Source: Pedosphaera sp. (GTDB lineage Bacteria; Verrucomicrobiota; Verrucomicrobiia; Limisphaerales; SIBH01). Taken from it: a DNA stretch of 55,123 nt. Below are positions 1 through 9,327 of the stretch, piece after piece. The stretch spans positions 1 through 55,123 of the forward strand of contig SIBH01000002.1 of assembly GCA_009695285.1 (NCBI GenBank). Direction: 5' to 3'. Below the pieces are notes generated by a model. It did no database searches and was not told the DNA's origin. It saw only the letters and a list, made by a program, of their open reading frames with translations. The stretch's first letter is position 1. Each line of letters begins with the position of its first letter. Made by a program: the position numbers and the translations under genes.

Positions 1-236
1 CCGCCGGGAAGGTTGGCGCGTGGGTAAGCAGCCCATCCAACGCTTGCGTCGAGACGAAGGTCTGCGGTGCCGCCGAGTAAGCGCAAGCTGGTTAGAGTGG
101 AGTTTTCAGGGGATTGCCCGCCACGACGACAAACTGGAAGCATGTATGAACATGGGACTTCATTTTGGATGCGACGGTGCTTGAGCAAAATCTTTTGCCT
201 TTGGGTAGGTTCACGCACCACGCACCACGTCTCCCA

Positions 237-578
237 TTACCGCGTCACCGACACGGCAATGTAGCGCGCCTGCGGGATGATAAATTTCTTCACCTCCACG
301 CTCACCGCTTTCGCCGAGAAATCCGTTCGAATCATCTGCGCGATGTCCACGGCCAGCGTCTCGATCAATTCCCAGTGGCAATCCTGCCCGAAGCCGAGCA
401 GTCGCTGGCAAACCGCGCTGTAGTCGATGGTCTGCGCAAGATCGTCCGCGGCCGCGGCGGTGGTGAAATCACTTTGCATTTCGACGCTCAACAACAGGCG
501 TTGAGCCTTGGACCTTTCGACCTCGGGCACGCCGACGTGATAAAACACTTCTAGATCGCAGATGGTGATTTTGTCCAT
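237..578 (-). CDS. folB: Dihydroneopterin aldolase
   Basis: MDKITICDLEVFYHVGVPEVERSKAQRL...DDLAQTIDYSAV...LIETLA...VEVKK matches FolB motifs. The real start is the ATG at 578; the longer ORF call overlaps the upstream gene. Confidence 0.93.
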   Translation of the reverse strand: MDKITICDLEVFYHVGVPEVERSKAQRLLLSVEMQSDFTTAAAADDLAQTIDYSAVCQRLLGFGQDCHWELIETLAVDIAQMIRTDFSAKAVSVEVKKFIIPQARYIAVSVTR

Positions 579-580
579 GT

Positions 581-1645
581 TCAGACTTTGGTTTGTTTGA
601 TGACCGCCTCCAACAAAATGCGAGTCGGCTGATTGAGCGACAAGGCCAGCGCCTGAGCCGGTGAAACCCACCGGAATTCCTGCGCCTCCTCGTTCAACCG
701 CACCGCCGCCGACCCGGCGCAGCGGCAGGTGTAGTTCAAGAGCACAAAATGCGCGTCCTTGTAAAACTCCCGCGAATGAATGCAGTCTTGCACCAGCACG
801 AAGCGGATGGCCGTGATCTCCAGCCCTGTCTCCTCGCGAATCTCTCGCCGCAACGCCGCTTCCGAGGTCTCGCCGAACTTCGTCTTCCCACCGGGAATGC
901 CCCACAGCCCCGACCATTTGTGCGTGTGAATCATCAGCACATCGTCGTTGTCCGGATGAAAAATCAGCGCGCCCACGGTGGCGATGGGCCGCTCCTCGGC
1001 GCCGACGCCTTTCCATTCCAGTCCGTTTCGTTCCAAAATTCCCTGCAACTCCCCGAGATGCTCCACGATCAAATCTGGTCCGCTCGCGCGCAGTTGCTCC
1101 ACCCCGTTGTAACCGGTCAGCACCGCGCAGGAATGGATGCCGCCGTGCTTGGCCGTCTCGATGTCATGCTGCATGTCTCCGATGAACAGCGTCTCGTCCG
1201 GGCGCAGATTGTTCTCCGTGAGAAGCTCGTGAATCTTCGCGCGCTTGTCCCACACCTCCAGATACGGCCGCTCCAGGAATTCGTGAAACTGGTTCCTCGC
1301 CGTCTGCGCCGCGAAATGATCCCGATGCACCGTGCTCAGGAGAAAGGTCCGCAAGCCCTCGCGCCGGCAAAATTCCAGAAACCCCCGTGCGTGCGGGAGG
1401 TCGGCCACCGAATCCTGGCACTCCTTGAAATGTCCGTGGAACCAGGCCTCCAACTGGGCCAGCGTAATGTGCGGCGTGTAACGGTCGTAGAATTTCGTGA
1501 AGGGCAGGCAGAACTCCGCGCGAAACTGCGCCAGCGACAACTCCGCAATCCCGGCCTGGCGAAAAACAAAATTAGTCGCCCGCCACACCGCCGGCAGATC
1601 ATCCACCAGCGTGCCGGACCAGTCGAAAATGATGTTGCGAATCAC
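581..1645 (-). CDS. HAD-superfamily phosphatase fused to a C-terminal Nudix hydrolase
   Basis: HAD motif I IIFDWSGTLVDD, motif IV IGDMQHDI, and a complete Nudix box GGKTKFGETSEAALRREIREETGL. GTG start; ends 2 nt before folB. Confidence 0.9.
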   Translation of the reverse strand: MIRNIIFDWSGTLVDDLPAVWRATNFVFRQAGIAELSLAQFRAEFCLPFTKFYDRYTPHITLAQLEAWFHGHFKECQDSVADLPHARGFLEFCRREGLRTFLLSTVHRDHFAAQTARNQFHEFLERPYLEVWDKRAKIHELLTENNLRPDETLFIGDMQHDIETAKHGGIHSCAVLTGYNGVEQLRASGPDLIVEHLGELQGILERNGLEWKGVGAEERPIATVGALIFHPDNDDVLMIHTHKWSGLWGIPGGKTKFGETSEAALRREIREETGLEITAIRFVLVQDCIHSREFYKDAHFVLLNYTCRCAGSAAVRLNEEAQEFRWVSPAQALALSLNQPTRILLEAVIKQTKV

Positions 1646-1651
1646 GCCGCG

Positions 1652-1680
1652 AAATTAGCAGGGCGCTCGGTGGTTGTCAG
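1652..1680 (-). promoter_or_regulatory. Sigma70-like promoter for HAD-Nudix/folB (leaderless)
   Basis: Minus strand CTGACA-17nt-TAATTT, then 6 nt to the GTG start. Confidence 0.55.
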
Positions 1681-1692
1681 TGTAATCATCGC

Positions 1693-1990
1693 TCAAGGCC
1701 GGCACAGGGCGCGCAACGCCTCGTGAATCTGGCCGGCGGCGTCGGGGCCGACGGAGTTGATCTCGCCGTAGATTTTTTTCTTGGCACCGTAGAGATAAGG
1801 CGGCTGGCGGTCCCATTCGCTTTTCGGAATGAGGTAGCCGATCTCCTCGTTGGCCAGGTCGAAAATAAATTTGATCCGGCCCGGCATCAGTTCGCGCAGC
1901 GGCGGGACTTCGACCGGCTCGACTGAAAAATTCCCGCCGGGCACGCGCTCGATGCCGCCGTTGACGATCTCCGGATAAATTTCGCTGGTC
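1693..1990 (-). pseudogene. C-terminal fragment of a ceramidase-like/uncharacterised PVC hydrolase
   Basis: EIYPEIVNGG...LANEEIGYLIPKSEWDRQPPYLYG...YGEINSVGP resembles the C-terminus of a longer PVC protein family. The upstream part of the ORF is repeat-derived or non-coding-like. Confidence 0.55.
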
Positions 1991-2049
1991 ACCCGCTTGG
2001 AAGTGCGTCGGCCCGATGTTGGCAAAACCACCTGGCCCGACCTGCTCGT

Positions 2050-2081
2050 ATTCGTGTTCATTGGTGTTGATGCGCGGTTGA
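2050..2081 (-). repeat. Degenerate 9-mer tandem repeat (AACACGGAT-type), copy 1
   Basis: Reverse complement reads tcaaccgcgcatcaacaccaatgaacacgaat, similar to the copy at 5208. Confidence 0.5.
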
Positions 2082-2242
2082 ACCGAATCCTCACGGGGTG
2101 GATTGACCGGCGCGTCTGGTGGTGGAGGTTACGCTTTTTTCCAAAATCGACGAGAGGAAAACCGCCGCCTGGAAAGCAAAAGATGCAGGCTCGTCCCCGT
2201 GGACAAACCTGCAACTTTCAGCCGGAATAATTTCTGCGGAAC

Positions 2243-3655
2243 CTATGCCCGGATGTTCATTTCGTACTCGTGCTTGGTGGTCTTGCCCGGCATCGGCACG
2301 GGGTACTTGCCGTTGGCGTCGCCAATGATCGGCGGCGGTGAATCCATCGTCCATTTGTCGATGTCCGGAGCATACTCCATGTCGTCATTGAGCATGTCCT
2401 CGTAGCGGATTTCCATGCCGGTGTGCGCGGCCTTGCGGCCCATGGAGGTGACGACGCTGGCCTGCACGCCGAAAGGGACTTCGTTGTAGGGCTTGTCATT
2501 GCGGATGGCGTTGGTGAGGTCATCCCACTCGTAGTTGTAGGCGTTCAGGTTGGGTTCCGCGTCCGGCTTCGATTGCCAGAGCATGCTTTCCCGGGTGGGC
2601 AACTGGCCCTTGTGAATGCTGGAAGGGCCGCTGAAATCGTTGGATTTGGCGGCGACCGCGATGCCCTTGGTGCCGTGAACATGGCTGAAATAAAAGGACT
2701 GCGCGCCGCTGTTGCAACGTCCGTCCATGTAAAACTTCGCACCGTCCTCGAAGGTGTATTCCACCGCGTAGGAGTCGAAGTTCTGGTCCACCCACGGATC
2801 GCCCTCGGGGCTGACGCGAAAGTGCCGCCCGCCCAGCGCCTGCGCCTTGACCGGCCAGGCGTTTTTCATCCAGCAGCAATGGTCGATGTGGTGGATGTAG
2901 AAGTCGCTGAAGCAGCCGCCGCTCGCCCAGAGGAAGCTGTGGAAGCGAGAAATCTGCCAGAGCAGCTCGCTCGGGTTGCCGGGCCAGCGTTTCGAGAAGG
3001 CCGAGGCGACCGGGCCGTGCATGCGGTATCCTCGCATCAGCATCACATCGCCGATCTCGCCGTCCTGAACGCGCTTGTGCAAGTCCTGGAGATGCCGGGC
3101 GTGACGCGACATCAGGCCGACGCCCACCTTCAAACTCTTGGCCGACGCCTCGTCGGAAAGTTTGAGCATCCGGCGGGAAGTCGGGCCGTCCGCCGTGACC
3201 GGTTTTTCCATGAAGACGTTCAGCTTTTTCTCGATCGCGTATTTGAAATGCACCCAGCGAAAAGCCAGCGGCGTGGTGAAAATCGCAATGTCACCGGGCT
3301 TCAAACAGTCCATGGCATTCTTGTATCCGTCGAACCCGATGAACCGGCGTTCTTGCGGCACATCGACTTTTTCCTTGTGACGGGCGGCGAGCCCGTTGTA
3401 GGCGTTCTTCAGTTTGTCGGGAAAGACGTCGGCCATGGCGACGAGTTTCATGGGGCCGGTCTTGACGGAGAGGGCATTGTCGGCCGCGCCGCCGCCGCGT
3501 CCGCCGCAGCCGATGAGGGCGACCTGGAGGGTGTTGTTCTCCGCTGCGAACACATGTGGAATGGTCACGCCGGCCAGCGCCGAAACGGCGGCGATGCGGC
3601 CGGAGGTTTTGATGAAGTCACGACGGGTGGTGGGAGGTGTTGGAGTATTGTTCAT
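2243..3655 (-). CDS. Gfo/Idh/MocA family oxidoreductase with Tat signal
   Basis: TRRDFIK twin-arginine motif, ALIGCGGRG Rossmann motif, MEKP motif. Confidence 0.9.
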   Translation of the reverse strand: MNNTPTPPTTRRDFIKTSGRIAAVSALAGVTIPHVFAAENNTLQVALIGCGGRGGGAADNALSVKTGPMKLVAMADVFPDKLKNAYNGLAARHKEKVDVPQERRFIGFDGYKNAMDCLKPGDIAIFTTPLAFRWVHFKYAIEKKLNVFMEKPVTADGPTSRRMLKLSDEASAKSLKVGVGLMSRHARHLQDLHKRVQDGEIGDVMLMRGYRMHGPVASAFSKRWPGNPSELLWQISRFHSFLWASGGCFSDFYIHHIDHCCWMKNAWPVKAQALGGRHFRVSPEGDPWVDQNFDSYAVEYTFEDGAKFYMDGRCNSGAQSFYFSHVHGTKGIAVAAKSNDFSGPSSIHKGQLPTRESMLWQSKPDAEPNLNAYNYEWDDLTNAIRNDKPYNEVPFGVQASVVTSMGRKAAHTGMEIRYEDMLNDDMEYAPDIDKWTMDSPPPIIGDANGKYPVPMPGKTTKHEYEMNIRA

Positions 3656-3752
3656 GGGGGACATTTCAGGACGTTGGGGAGCAGGTGTCAATGCCTGATT
3701 CGGACGGCAGTCTGACTGATCGTAGCGCCGATCTCCGGTCCCGCGTTGCACG

Positions 3753-5192
3753 TCAGGCCCTCAACTTCTTCTCCAGCATCTCGCCGATCAAGGTCGGGTT
3801 CGCCTTGCCCTTGCTGTTCTTCATCACCTGGCCCTTGAGGAAATTGAGCGCAGCTACTTTGCCGGCCTTGAAGTCGGCGGCGGAGCCGGGATTCGCGGCG
3901 ATTACGTCATCGCAGAATTTCTCCAGCGCGCCGGTGTCGCTCACCTGCGCGAGACCGCGTTTCTCCACGATGACTGCGGGCGCGTCGCCGGTGGCGAACA
4001 TGTCGGCAAAAACACTTTGCGCGATGCTGCTGCTGATCTTGCCGCCGTCCACCAGACCCGCCAGCACCTGGATGTCCGTCGGCTTGATTTTCACCGTGTC
4101 GAGCGCCGTGCCGGCCTCGGTGATTTTTGCGCGCAGATTGTTGATGACCCAGTTGGCCACGGCTTTTGGATTCTTCGCGCCCGTTACGGCCTTCTCGAAA
4201 TACGCGCCCAGCGGCACGTCCCACACGAAGGTCTGCGCGTCGGTCGCGGGCAGTTGATAATCGCGGATGAACCGATGCTTGCGCGCCAGCGGCAGTTCCA
4301 CCATGCGCGCGCGCACCTCGCCGATCCACGCGTCGCTGGGCACGAACGGCATCAGGTCCGGCTCGGGGAAATAGCGGTAATCGTGCGCGTGCTCCTTGGT
4401 CCGCATTTCCTCGGTCATCTGGGTCACGTCATCCCAGCGGCGGGTTGATTGAATGAGCTTGCCGCCCTTGCGCAGGACTTCGATCTGGCGCGGGATCTCG
4501 TATTCCAACGCCCGCCGCGCGCCGCTGAAGCTGTTCATGTTTTTGATCTCGATCTTCGCGCCGAGTTCCTTCGTGCCCACCGGGCGCACGCTCACATTCA
4601 CATCGCAGCGCACCATGCCCTTCTCCATGTCGCAGTCGCTGATGCCGCCATAGACCAGGATGTCCTTGAGCGCATTGAGATATTCGTAGGCCATGTCCGC
4701 GCTGGTGAGGTCCGGCTCGGAAACAATTTCCAGCAGCGGCACGCCGGCGCGGTTGAAGTCCACGCCGCTCGTGCGGTCGAAATGGAAATTCTTCCCCACG
4801 TCCTCTTCCAGATGGGCGCGGGTGATGCGGACGCGCGCCGCGCCGTTCACCGAACCCGCGCCGGTAAACTCGAAATCGACAAAGCCGCCCAACGTCGAGG
4901 GTTTGTCGTACTGGGTGATCTGGTAGTTCTTCGGGGCGTCCGGGTAGAAATAATTTTTGCGGTCGAACTTGGCGTAGCGGGCGATGGTGCAGTTGAGGAG
5001 CAGGCCGGTGAGGGCGGTGAGGCGCAGCGCCTCCTCGTTGGCGACGGGCAGCACGCCGGGCAGGCCGAGGCAGACGGGGCAGACGTTGGAGTTGGGGTCG
5101 GCGCCGAATTCATTGGCGCAACCGCACCACATCTTGGATTTGGTTTTGAGCTGGACGTGTGTCTCCAGCCCGATGACAGCTTCGTATTCCAT
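3753..5192 (-). CDS. gatB: Asp-tRNA(Asn)/Glu-tRNA(Gln) amidotransferase subunit B
   Basis: VIGLETHVQL, CPVCLGLPGVLP, FDRKNYFYPD, HLEED, DYRYFPEPDL, LKGQVMK...GKANP. Confidence 0.98.
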   Translation of the reverse strand: MEYEAVIGLETHVQLKTKSKMWCGCANEFGADPNSNVCPVCLGLPGVLPVANEEALRLTALTGLLLNCTIARYAKFDRKNYFYPDAPKNYQITQYDKPSTLGGFVDFEFTGAGSVNGAARVRITRAHLEEDVGKNFHFDRTSGVDFNRAGVPLLEIVSEPDLTSADMAYEYLNALKDILVYGGISDCDMEKGMVRCDVNVSVRPVGTKELGAKIEIKNMNSFSGARRALEYEIPRQIEVLRKGGKLIQSTRRWDDVTQMTEEMRTKEHAHDYRYFPEPDLMPFVPSDAWIGEVRARMVELPLARKHRFIRDYQLPATDAQTFVWDVPLGAYFEKAVTGAKNPKAVANWVINNLRAKITEAGTALDTVKIKPTDIQVLAGLVDGGKISSSIAQSVFADMFATGDAPAVIVEKRGLAQVSDTGALEKFCDDVIAANPGSAADFKAGKVAALNFLKGQVMKNSKGKANPTLIGEMLEKKLRA

Positions 5193-5207
5193 AAGGGCGA
5201 GGAGAGT

Positions 5208-5239
5208 TTAACCACGGATGAAGACGGATGAACACGAAT
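5208..5239 (+). repeat. Degenerate 9-mer tandem repeat (AACACGGAT-type), copy 2
   Basis: ttaaccacggatgaagacggatgaacacgaat immediately upstream of gatB. Confidence 0.6.
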
Positions 5240-5308
5240 TTTTGGCGTGGGCCTCTGCGGGAAGGCGCGCCAAAGCGGGCTGAAAACACGATCTCCCGAC
5301 AATCCAAC

Positions 5309-6502
5309 TCACATCCCGCGATAGATGATTTCGAGGGACATCACGGCGTAGGCGGTGACGAGGGCCGGGTCTTTCTCCCACCAGCGGCCGTTGTCGTTGG
5401 CCCAGGAGCCGTCGGCTTTTTGCAGGTTGATGAGGCGCATGGCGACGTCCTTGCGCCAGTTGATTTTCTTGCCGTCCTTCAACTCCAGGATTTCCGCGCC
5501 ATAGGCGTTGAGAGCCTTGGTCATCAAGTGGAGGTAATAATAGTAGCCCTGCGGTCCCATGCCGGGGTTTTCTTCGAGGGTGTAGTTGGCGCGCAACCAT
5601 TCGAGGACGGCGACCACGCGGGGATCAGTCTTCTTCACGTCGGCGTAGATGTAGCTCATTAGTCCAGCGTAGCTGATGCTGCCGTAGGTGCGGAGGGCGA
5701 CCTTGCCGGCGGCGTTGGTCTCGCTGCCGGCCATGCTGGTGCCGGGGTAATAAATGAAACCGCCCTTGTGTTTGGGATCTTCGGAAACCCAGTCCTGCTT
5801 GTTATGGCTCGGCAGATTCTGGCAGTTCTGGATGAAGCTGGCGACGGCCTGCCAGTTCAGGTCTTTGGCTCCGGGCAAATTCTTGTCCTCGGCCAGGTGG
5901 CGGCTGTAATACATCGCCTCGATGGCTACGAGGGTGTTGTTCATGTCCGAGTGGGCATATTTGCTGCCGTAGCCTACGCCGCCGTCGAACGGTGAATCCG
6001 TTTTGCCGAGTTCGTCCATGTCCACCTGGGTGCCGGCGAGGTAGGCGCGGGCTTTGCGGAGGACGGGATCGTGCTTGGGATTGTTGGCCGCGAGCAGGGC
6101 CATCATGGAGAGGGACGTGTTGTAGTTGATCAGATTTGTCTGGTAGATGCTGCCGTCGGGCTTGGCGCAACTGAGGAGGAAGTCGAGGCCCTTCTGGGTG
6201 CGGGGGGCGTTCTTGTAGCGCTTATCGGGATCGCCGAGGAGCGCGGAGAGGGCGAGTCCGCTGACGGAAGGATGATCGGGCGTGGACCACCAACCGTTGG
6301 AGTTTTGCGTGGCGGCGAGGGAGGCGAGGCCCTTGTCGATGGCGCGCTGGATTTCGTTGTGAAAGGAGACGTCCGCCGTGGGGTTCAGCCGCACCGTGCC
6401 TGGAAATGATTTGTCGGCGGCGGCGGCGGGGCTGATGAGAGAAGCGGTCAGGGCGGTCAGGAGCAAGGTGCGCTGCAAATTGGTTTTCATACGATTTGAC
6501 AT
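5309..6502 (-). CDS. Secreted prenyltransferase/squalene-oxidase repeat (alpha/alpha toroid) protein
   Basis: N-terminal signal peptide (...PAAAA/DK) and QW-like repeats QNSNGWW, KPDGSI, QKADGSW. The start may be at 6490. Confidence 0.8.
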   Translation of the reverse strand: MSNRMKTNLQRTLLLTALTASLISPAAAADKSFPGTVRLNPTADVSFHNEIQRAIDKGLASLAATQNSNGWWSTPDHPSVSGLALSALLGDPDKRYKNAPRTQKGLDFLLSCAKPDGSIYQTNLINYNTSLSMMALLAANNPKHDPVLRKARAYLAGTQVDMDELGKTDSPFDGGVGYGSKYAHSDMNNTLVAIEAMYYSRHLAEDKNLPGAKDLNWQAVASFIQNCQNLPSHNKQDWVSEDPKHKGGFIYYPGTSMAGSETNAAGKVALRTYGSISYAGLMSYIYADVKKTDPRVVAVLEWLRANYTLEENPGMGPQGYYYYLHLMTKALNAYGAEILELKDGKKINWRKDVAMRLINLQKADGSWANDNGRWWEKDPALVTAYAVMSLEIIYRGM

Positions 6503-6538
6503 GACTGGCCAGAATGACGCCTGCCAGGCGGGCGGTGT

Positions 6539-7252
6539 TCAAGAAGTTTTTTCGACGGCCCGGGCTGGTTCCAGCTGAATCGTAATCTGCACCACCGTGT
6601 CTTTGGGCGGCAGCGCGTCGGGGTTGACCGAGAAACGATCGTCCTTTTCCCGGCCCGGCCGCGGATTGTTGACGAGCGCGTCCGGGTCGATACGGATCGA
6701 GACGATGGATCCATCGCGCTGGGCGACGAAGGATTTCTCGAAAATGTGCGAGCCGTTGTAAACCCACGGGCCGGCGGTGAGGGGCTTCTTCGTTTCCCTA
6801 TCCAAGATCAGATCTTCGATGCGCCGGCGTGTCTCCTGTTCACCGGTCTTCCAACTGATCCCAATGGTGACGGTCTGGCCGGGCGGCGGGATGGAGACAT
6901 CGGCATGAAACAGGTTGGTATTCGCGGCTTTCACGCCGAGCAAGAGCAGGGCGACGTGAATTTGCTGCGGCTCGACCTCGGTACTCAGGACGCTTTCGTG
7001 GGTCTTGCCGGCCTTATGGACGATCACATACTCGACGGTGCCTTCGCGCAGGCAGACCTGCGCGGGAAAACTGACGGCGCGGCGTGCCTTATCGATGCGC
7101 ACTTGGCCGAGCGCGAACATGCCCGGCTCGATCTGGTGCAGTCCCGGCTCGGGGGCGTTGGTGGGGTTGGCTGCGCGCAACTCCAAGGCCGGCAGGGTGA
7201 GTAGGCAACAGAGCGCCGTTCGCTGGAGTGTGGAAACAAGCAGATTGATCAC
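6539..7252 (-). CDS. YdjY-domain secreted protein
   Basis: Signal peptide, VEYVIVHKAGKTHESVL, IHVALLLLG, WVYNGS motifs typical of YdjY-like proteins. Confidence 0.7.
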   Translation of the reverse strand: MINLLVSTLQRTALCCLLTLPALELRAANPTNAPEPGLHQIEPGMFALGQVRIDKARRAVSFPAQVCLREGTVEYVIVHKAGKTHESVLSTEVEPQQIHVALLLLGVKAANTNLFHADVSIPPPGQTVTIGISWKTGEQETRRRIEDLILDRETKKPLTAGPWVYNGSHIFEKSFVAQRDGSIVSIRIDPDALVNNPRPGREKDDRFSVNPDALPPKDTVVQITIQLEPARAVEKTS

Positions 7253-7363
7253 GTCTCAAATTCTCATTCCCCGACGATGAAGCCAAATGAAATATGCGCC
7301 GCACCGGGCCGTCATCGGCAATTCAAGATTGCGCCGGTCCGGCGTATGTCGTAAAAATTTTTA

Positions 7364-7750
7364 ATGCGATTCCTTCGTGAGCACCGGTTCTCGGCAATCT
7401 TCATTGTGATGCTGATTTTTTGCAGCGTGATGGTGATCCGTCAACTGGGCACGAACCAGTCCCGGCGGGACGAGCAGCATTTCGAACTGCGCGAGGCGCT
7501 CATTCTCCTGCACTCGGTCGGCTCCACTAACGAGGCGAAACGCATTTACCAAAAACTCTGGCCCGAAGCTTCCAAACTGTCGAATAAAGTGCTGTTGGAT
7601 GATTTCCAGCGGACCCAGGTGCTCGTTGATTCGACCGCCCGCCAGCCGGAGAATCCGGTCTGGCAATACCATTGGATCGTCACCAAGGAGCTGGAGCTGC
7701 GCTCCGAAAGCACGCTGGTGCGCGCGCGGAAACTGGCGGCAGAAAAGTGA
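7364..7750 (+). CDS. Hypothetical membrane-anchored protein
   Basis: N-terminal hydrophobic helix and a promoter-like sequence directly upstream. Confidence 0.7.
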   Translation: MRFLREHRFSAIFIVMLIFCSVMVIRQLGTNQSRRDEQHFELREALILLHSVGSTNEAKRIYQKLWPEASKLSNKVLLDDFQRTQVLVDSTARQPENPVWQYHWIVTKELELRSESTLVRARKLAAEK

Positions 7751-7774
7751 GGCAAGATCGGGCGAAGGCGGGCG

Positions 7775-7803
7775 TTGACAGTCACCCGCGCACCGTCTAG
7801 TTT
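7775..7803 (+). promoter_or_regulatory. Sigma70-like promoter
   Basis: TTGACA-17nt-TAGTTT upstream of the ATG at 7836. Confidence 0.65.
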
Positions 7804-7835
7804 CGCTCCGCGCTTGAACATTAACTTGTAAAACA

Positions 7836-8594
7836 ATGTTGCTACGAATTTCTCTTATTTTTGCCATCCTCGCGGGGGCGGGCGTGATTGTCCTGACCCA
7901 GTTGAAGGTGCGCGAGCACGTCACCGGGATCATCGCCGTCCGCAACCAGAATATCGACTGGCTGCGCATGGAAAAAGCCGAGCATAAGAAAACAGGCGAA
8001 GACTTGACCGACACCAAGGACAAGCTTGCCAAGACCGCCACCGAACTCGCCAACACCCAGACCGAACTGGCTTCCACCACCACCAAACTCGCCGACGCTG
8101 AGGCCGCCAAGATTGCCCTCGGGAAAACGTTGGAGGATGCCCTCAAGGACAAAAAAGACGCGCAATTGGACCTGGCCAAATGGACGGTTTTGGAAGTGAC
8201 TCCCGAACAGGTCAAAAAGGCGATCGCCGATCTCAAAAAGGCCTATGATTCCATCGGAGTTATCGAGGAGGAAAAGAAAATTCTGGCGCGCAAAGTGAAG
8301 GCTTTGGACGCTCAAATAGCCTTCCTGATTGGCACCAATGAAGATTACGAAGTTATCCTGCCGATTGGCTTGAAAGGCGTCGTCAAGGTCGTCGATCCGA
8401 AATGGAACTTTGTCGTGCTCGACATCGGGGAAAAGCAGGGCGTGCTGCAACACGGCAAGATGATGGTTCACCGCGACAGCAAGCTGGTCGGGAAAGTAAA
8501 AATTCTCAACGTCATGCCGGACCGCTGCATTGCCAATGTTATGCCCGGCTGGAAATTGTCCGACATCCAGGAAGGCGACCAAGTATTGTACTGA
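7836..8594 (+). CDS. Membrane-anchored coiled-coil protein with C-terminal beta domain
   Basis: N-terminal TM helix, long heptad region, then GVVKVVDPKWNFVVLDIG...IQEGDQV. Confidence 0.8.
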   Translation: MLLRISLIFAILAGAGVIVLTQLKVREHVTGIIAVRNQNIDWLRMEKAEHKKTGEDLTDTKDKLAKTATELANTQTELASTTTKLADAEAAKIALGKTLEDALKDKKDAQLDLAKWTVLEVTPEQVKKAIADLKKAYDSIGVIEEEKKILARKVKALDAQIAFLIGTNEDYEVILPIGLKGVVKVVDPKWNFVVLDIGEKQGVLQHGKMMVHRDSKLVGKVKILNVMPDRCIANVMPGWKLSDIQEGDQVLY

Positions 8595-8609
8595 CGAATT
8601 TTTTTGGCC

Positions 8610-8786
8610 ATGAAAAATCATCCGCTCATCTCCCGGTTCGTCTGGCTGCTGCTGGTGCTGGCCGTGCTGGCCTTGGCAGGCACTGGTTGCACCATGACCG
8701 AGGCGGAAAACACCTCCTCCCGTCCTTGGAACGCACAGAAAGGCTGGGAGAACGGTTTTCCCAGCCGCATGAACGAGGGCCGCTGA
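8610..8786 (+). CDS. Small putative lipoprotein
   Basis: Basic N-terminus, hydrophobic core, lipobox-like AGTGC and a short polar tail; 15 nt after the previous gene. Confidence 0.7.
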   Translation: MKNHPLISRFVWLLLVLAVLALAGTGCTMTEAENTSSRPWNAQKGWENGFPSRMNEGR

Positions 8787-8928
8787 TTTAGTCGGGCCGC
8801 CTCGTCACGGTTTCCCCCCTTCCTTCCCGGAATCGCCTGTTGAACCTCTGCAAAACTCCAGCCCATCGTCGCGGTTGGCCAGCAGACCGCCCGTTTCTCC
8901 ACCTAAACCGGAACCAAGCAGTAGGAAT

Positions 8929-9075
8929 GGGGAGCGCGCCCGCCTCGGGCGCAGTGGGTCGCGCCCTCGCGACCCACGAGTTGCGCCTGGACTCCCCCCA
9001 CTGTTCGGTACGTTCCGGCGCGCTCGTGTTCGGCGCGCGGGCGCCCCGAATAGCAGCCGGGTCGGCTGCGCTCCC
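8929..9075. repeat. REP-like palindromic element (GGGAGCGC...GCGCTCCC family)
   Basis: Ends gggagcgc / gcgctccc are inverted; internal hairpins gtgggtcgcg-ccct-cgcgacccac and ttcggcgcg...gcgccccgaa. Confidence 0.65.
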
Positions 9076-9117
9076 CTGCATTTCAACTGCCGGGAAGCGA
9101 CCACGCAGGATTAAGTA

Positions 9118-9327
9118 TAAACCCGAACTCCGAAGTCGGAACCGGGCAGGCGCGCGTAGTTCAGGCCTTCGCGCCTGCTGTATCGCGGGTTTCCAAACCT
9201 GCGCCCGCTGGGACTTTTGGTGCGCCGCGTCGTCCGAGGCCCTGCCGACTTGGAAGTCGGCGACACAGCAGGTTTGGAAACCCGCGCTACGGGCGCCAGC
9301 CGAGGCCAAATTCGGAATTCGGATTAA
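9118..9327. mobile_element. MITE/REPIN-like element with terminal inverted repeats enclosing a CGTAG...CTACG REP pair
   Basis: TIRs taaacccgaactccgaa / ttcggaattcggattaa match at 14 of 17 positions. Internal gcgggtttccaaacctgc / gcaggtttggaaacccgc. Confidence 0.6.

Noticed and set aside
1-210. Possible gene start at the left edge
   Set aside because: Only short frames without recognisable motifs; cannot be supported without flanking sequence.
5309-6502. Squalene-hopene cyclase / part of the isoprenoid operon
   Set aside because: Single domain of about 400 aa with a signal peptide and no DXDD motif, and 22 kb from the operon.
8788-9323. ORFs of 79-334 aa crossing this region
   Set aside because: They are translations of REP/MITE palindromes and do not look like proteins.
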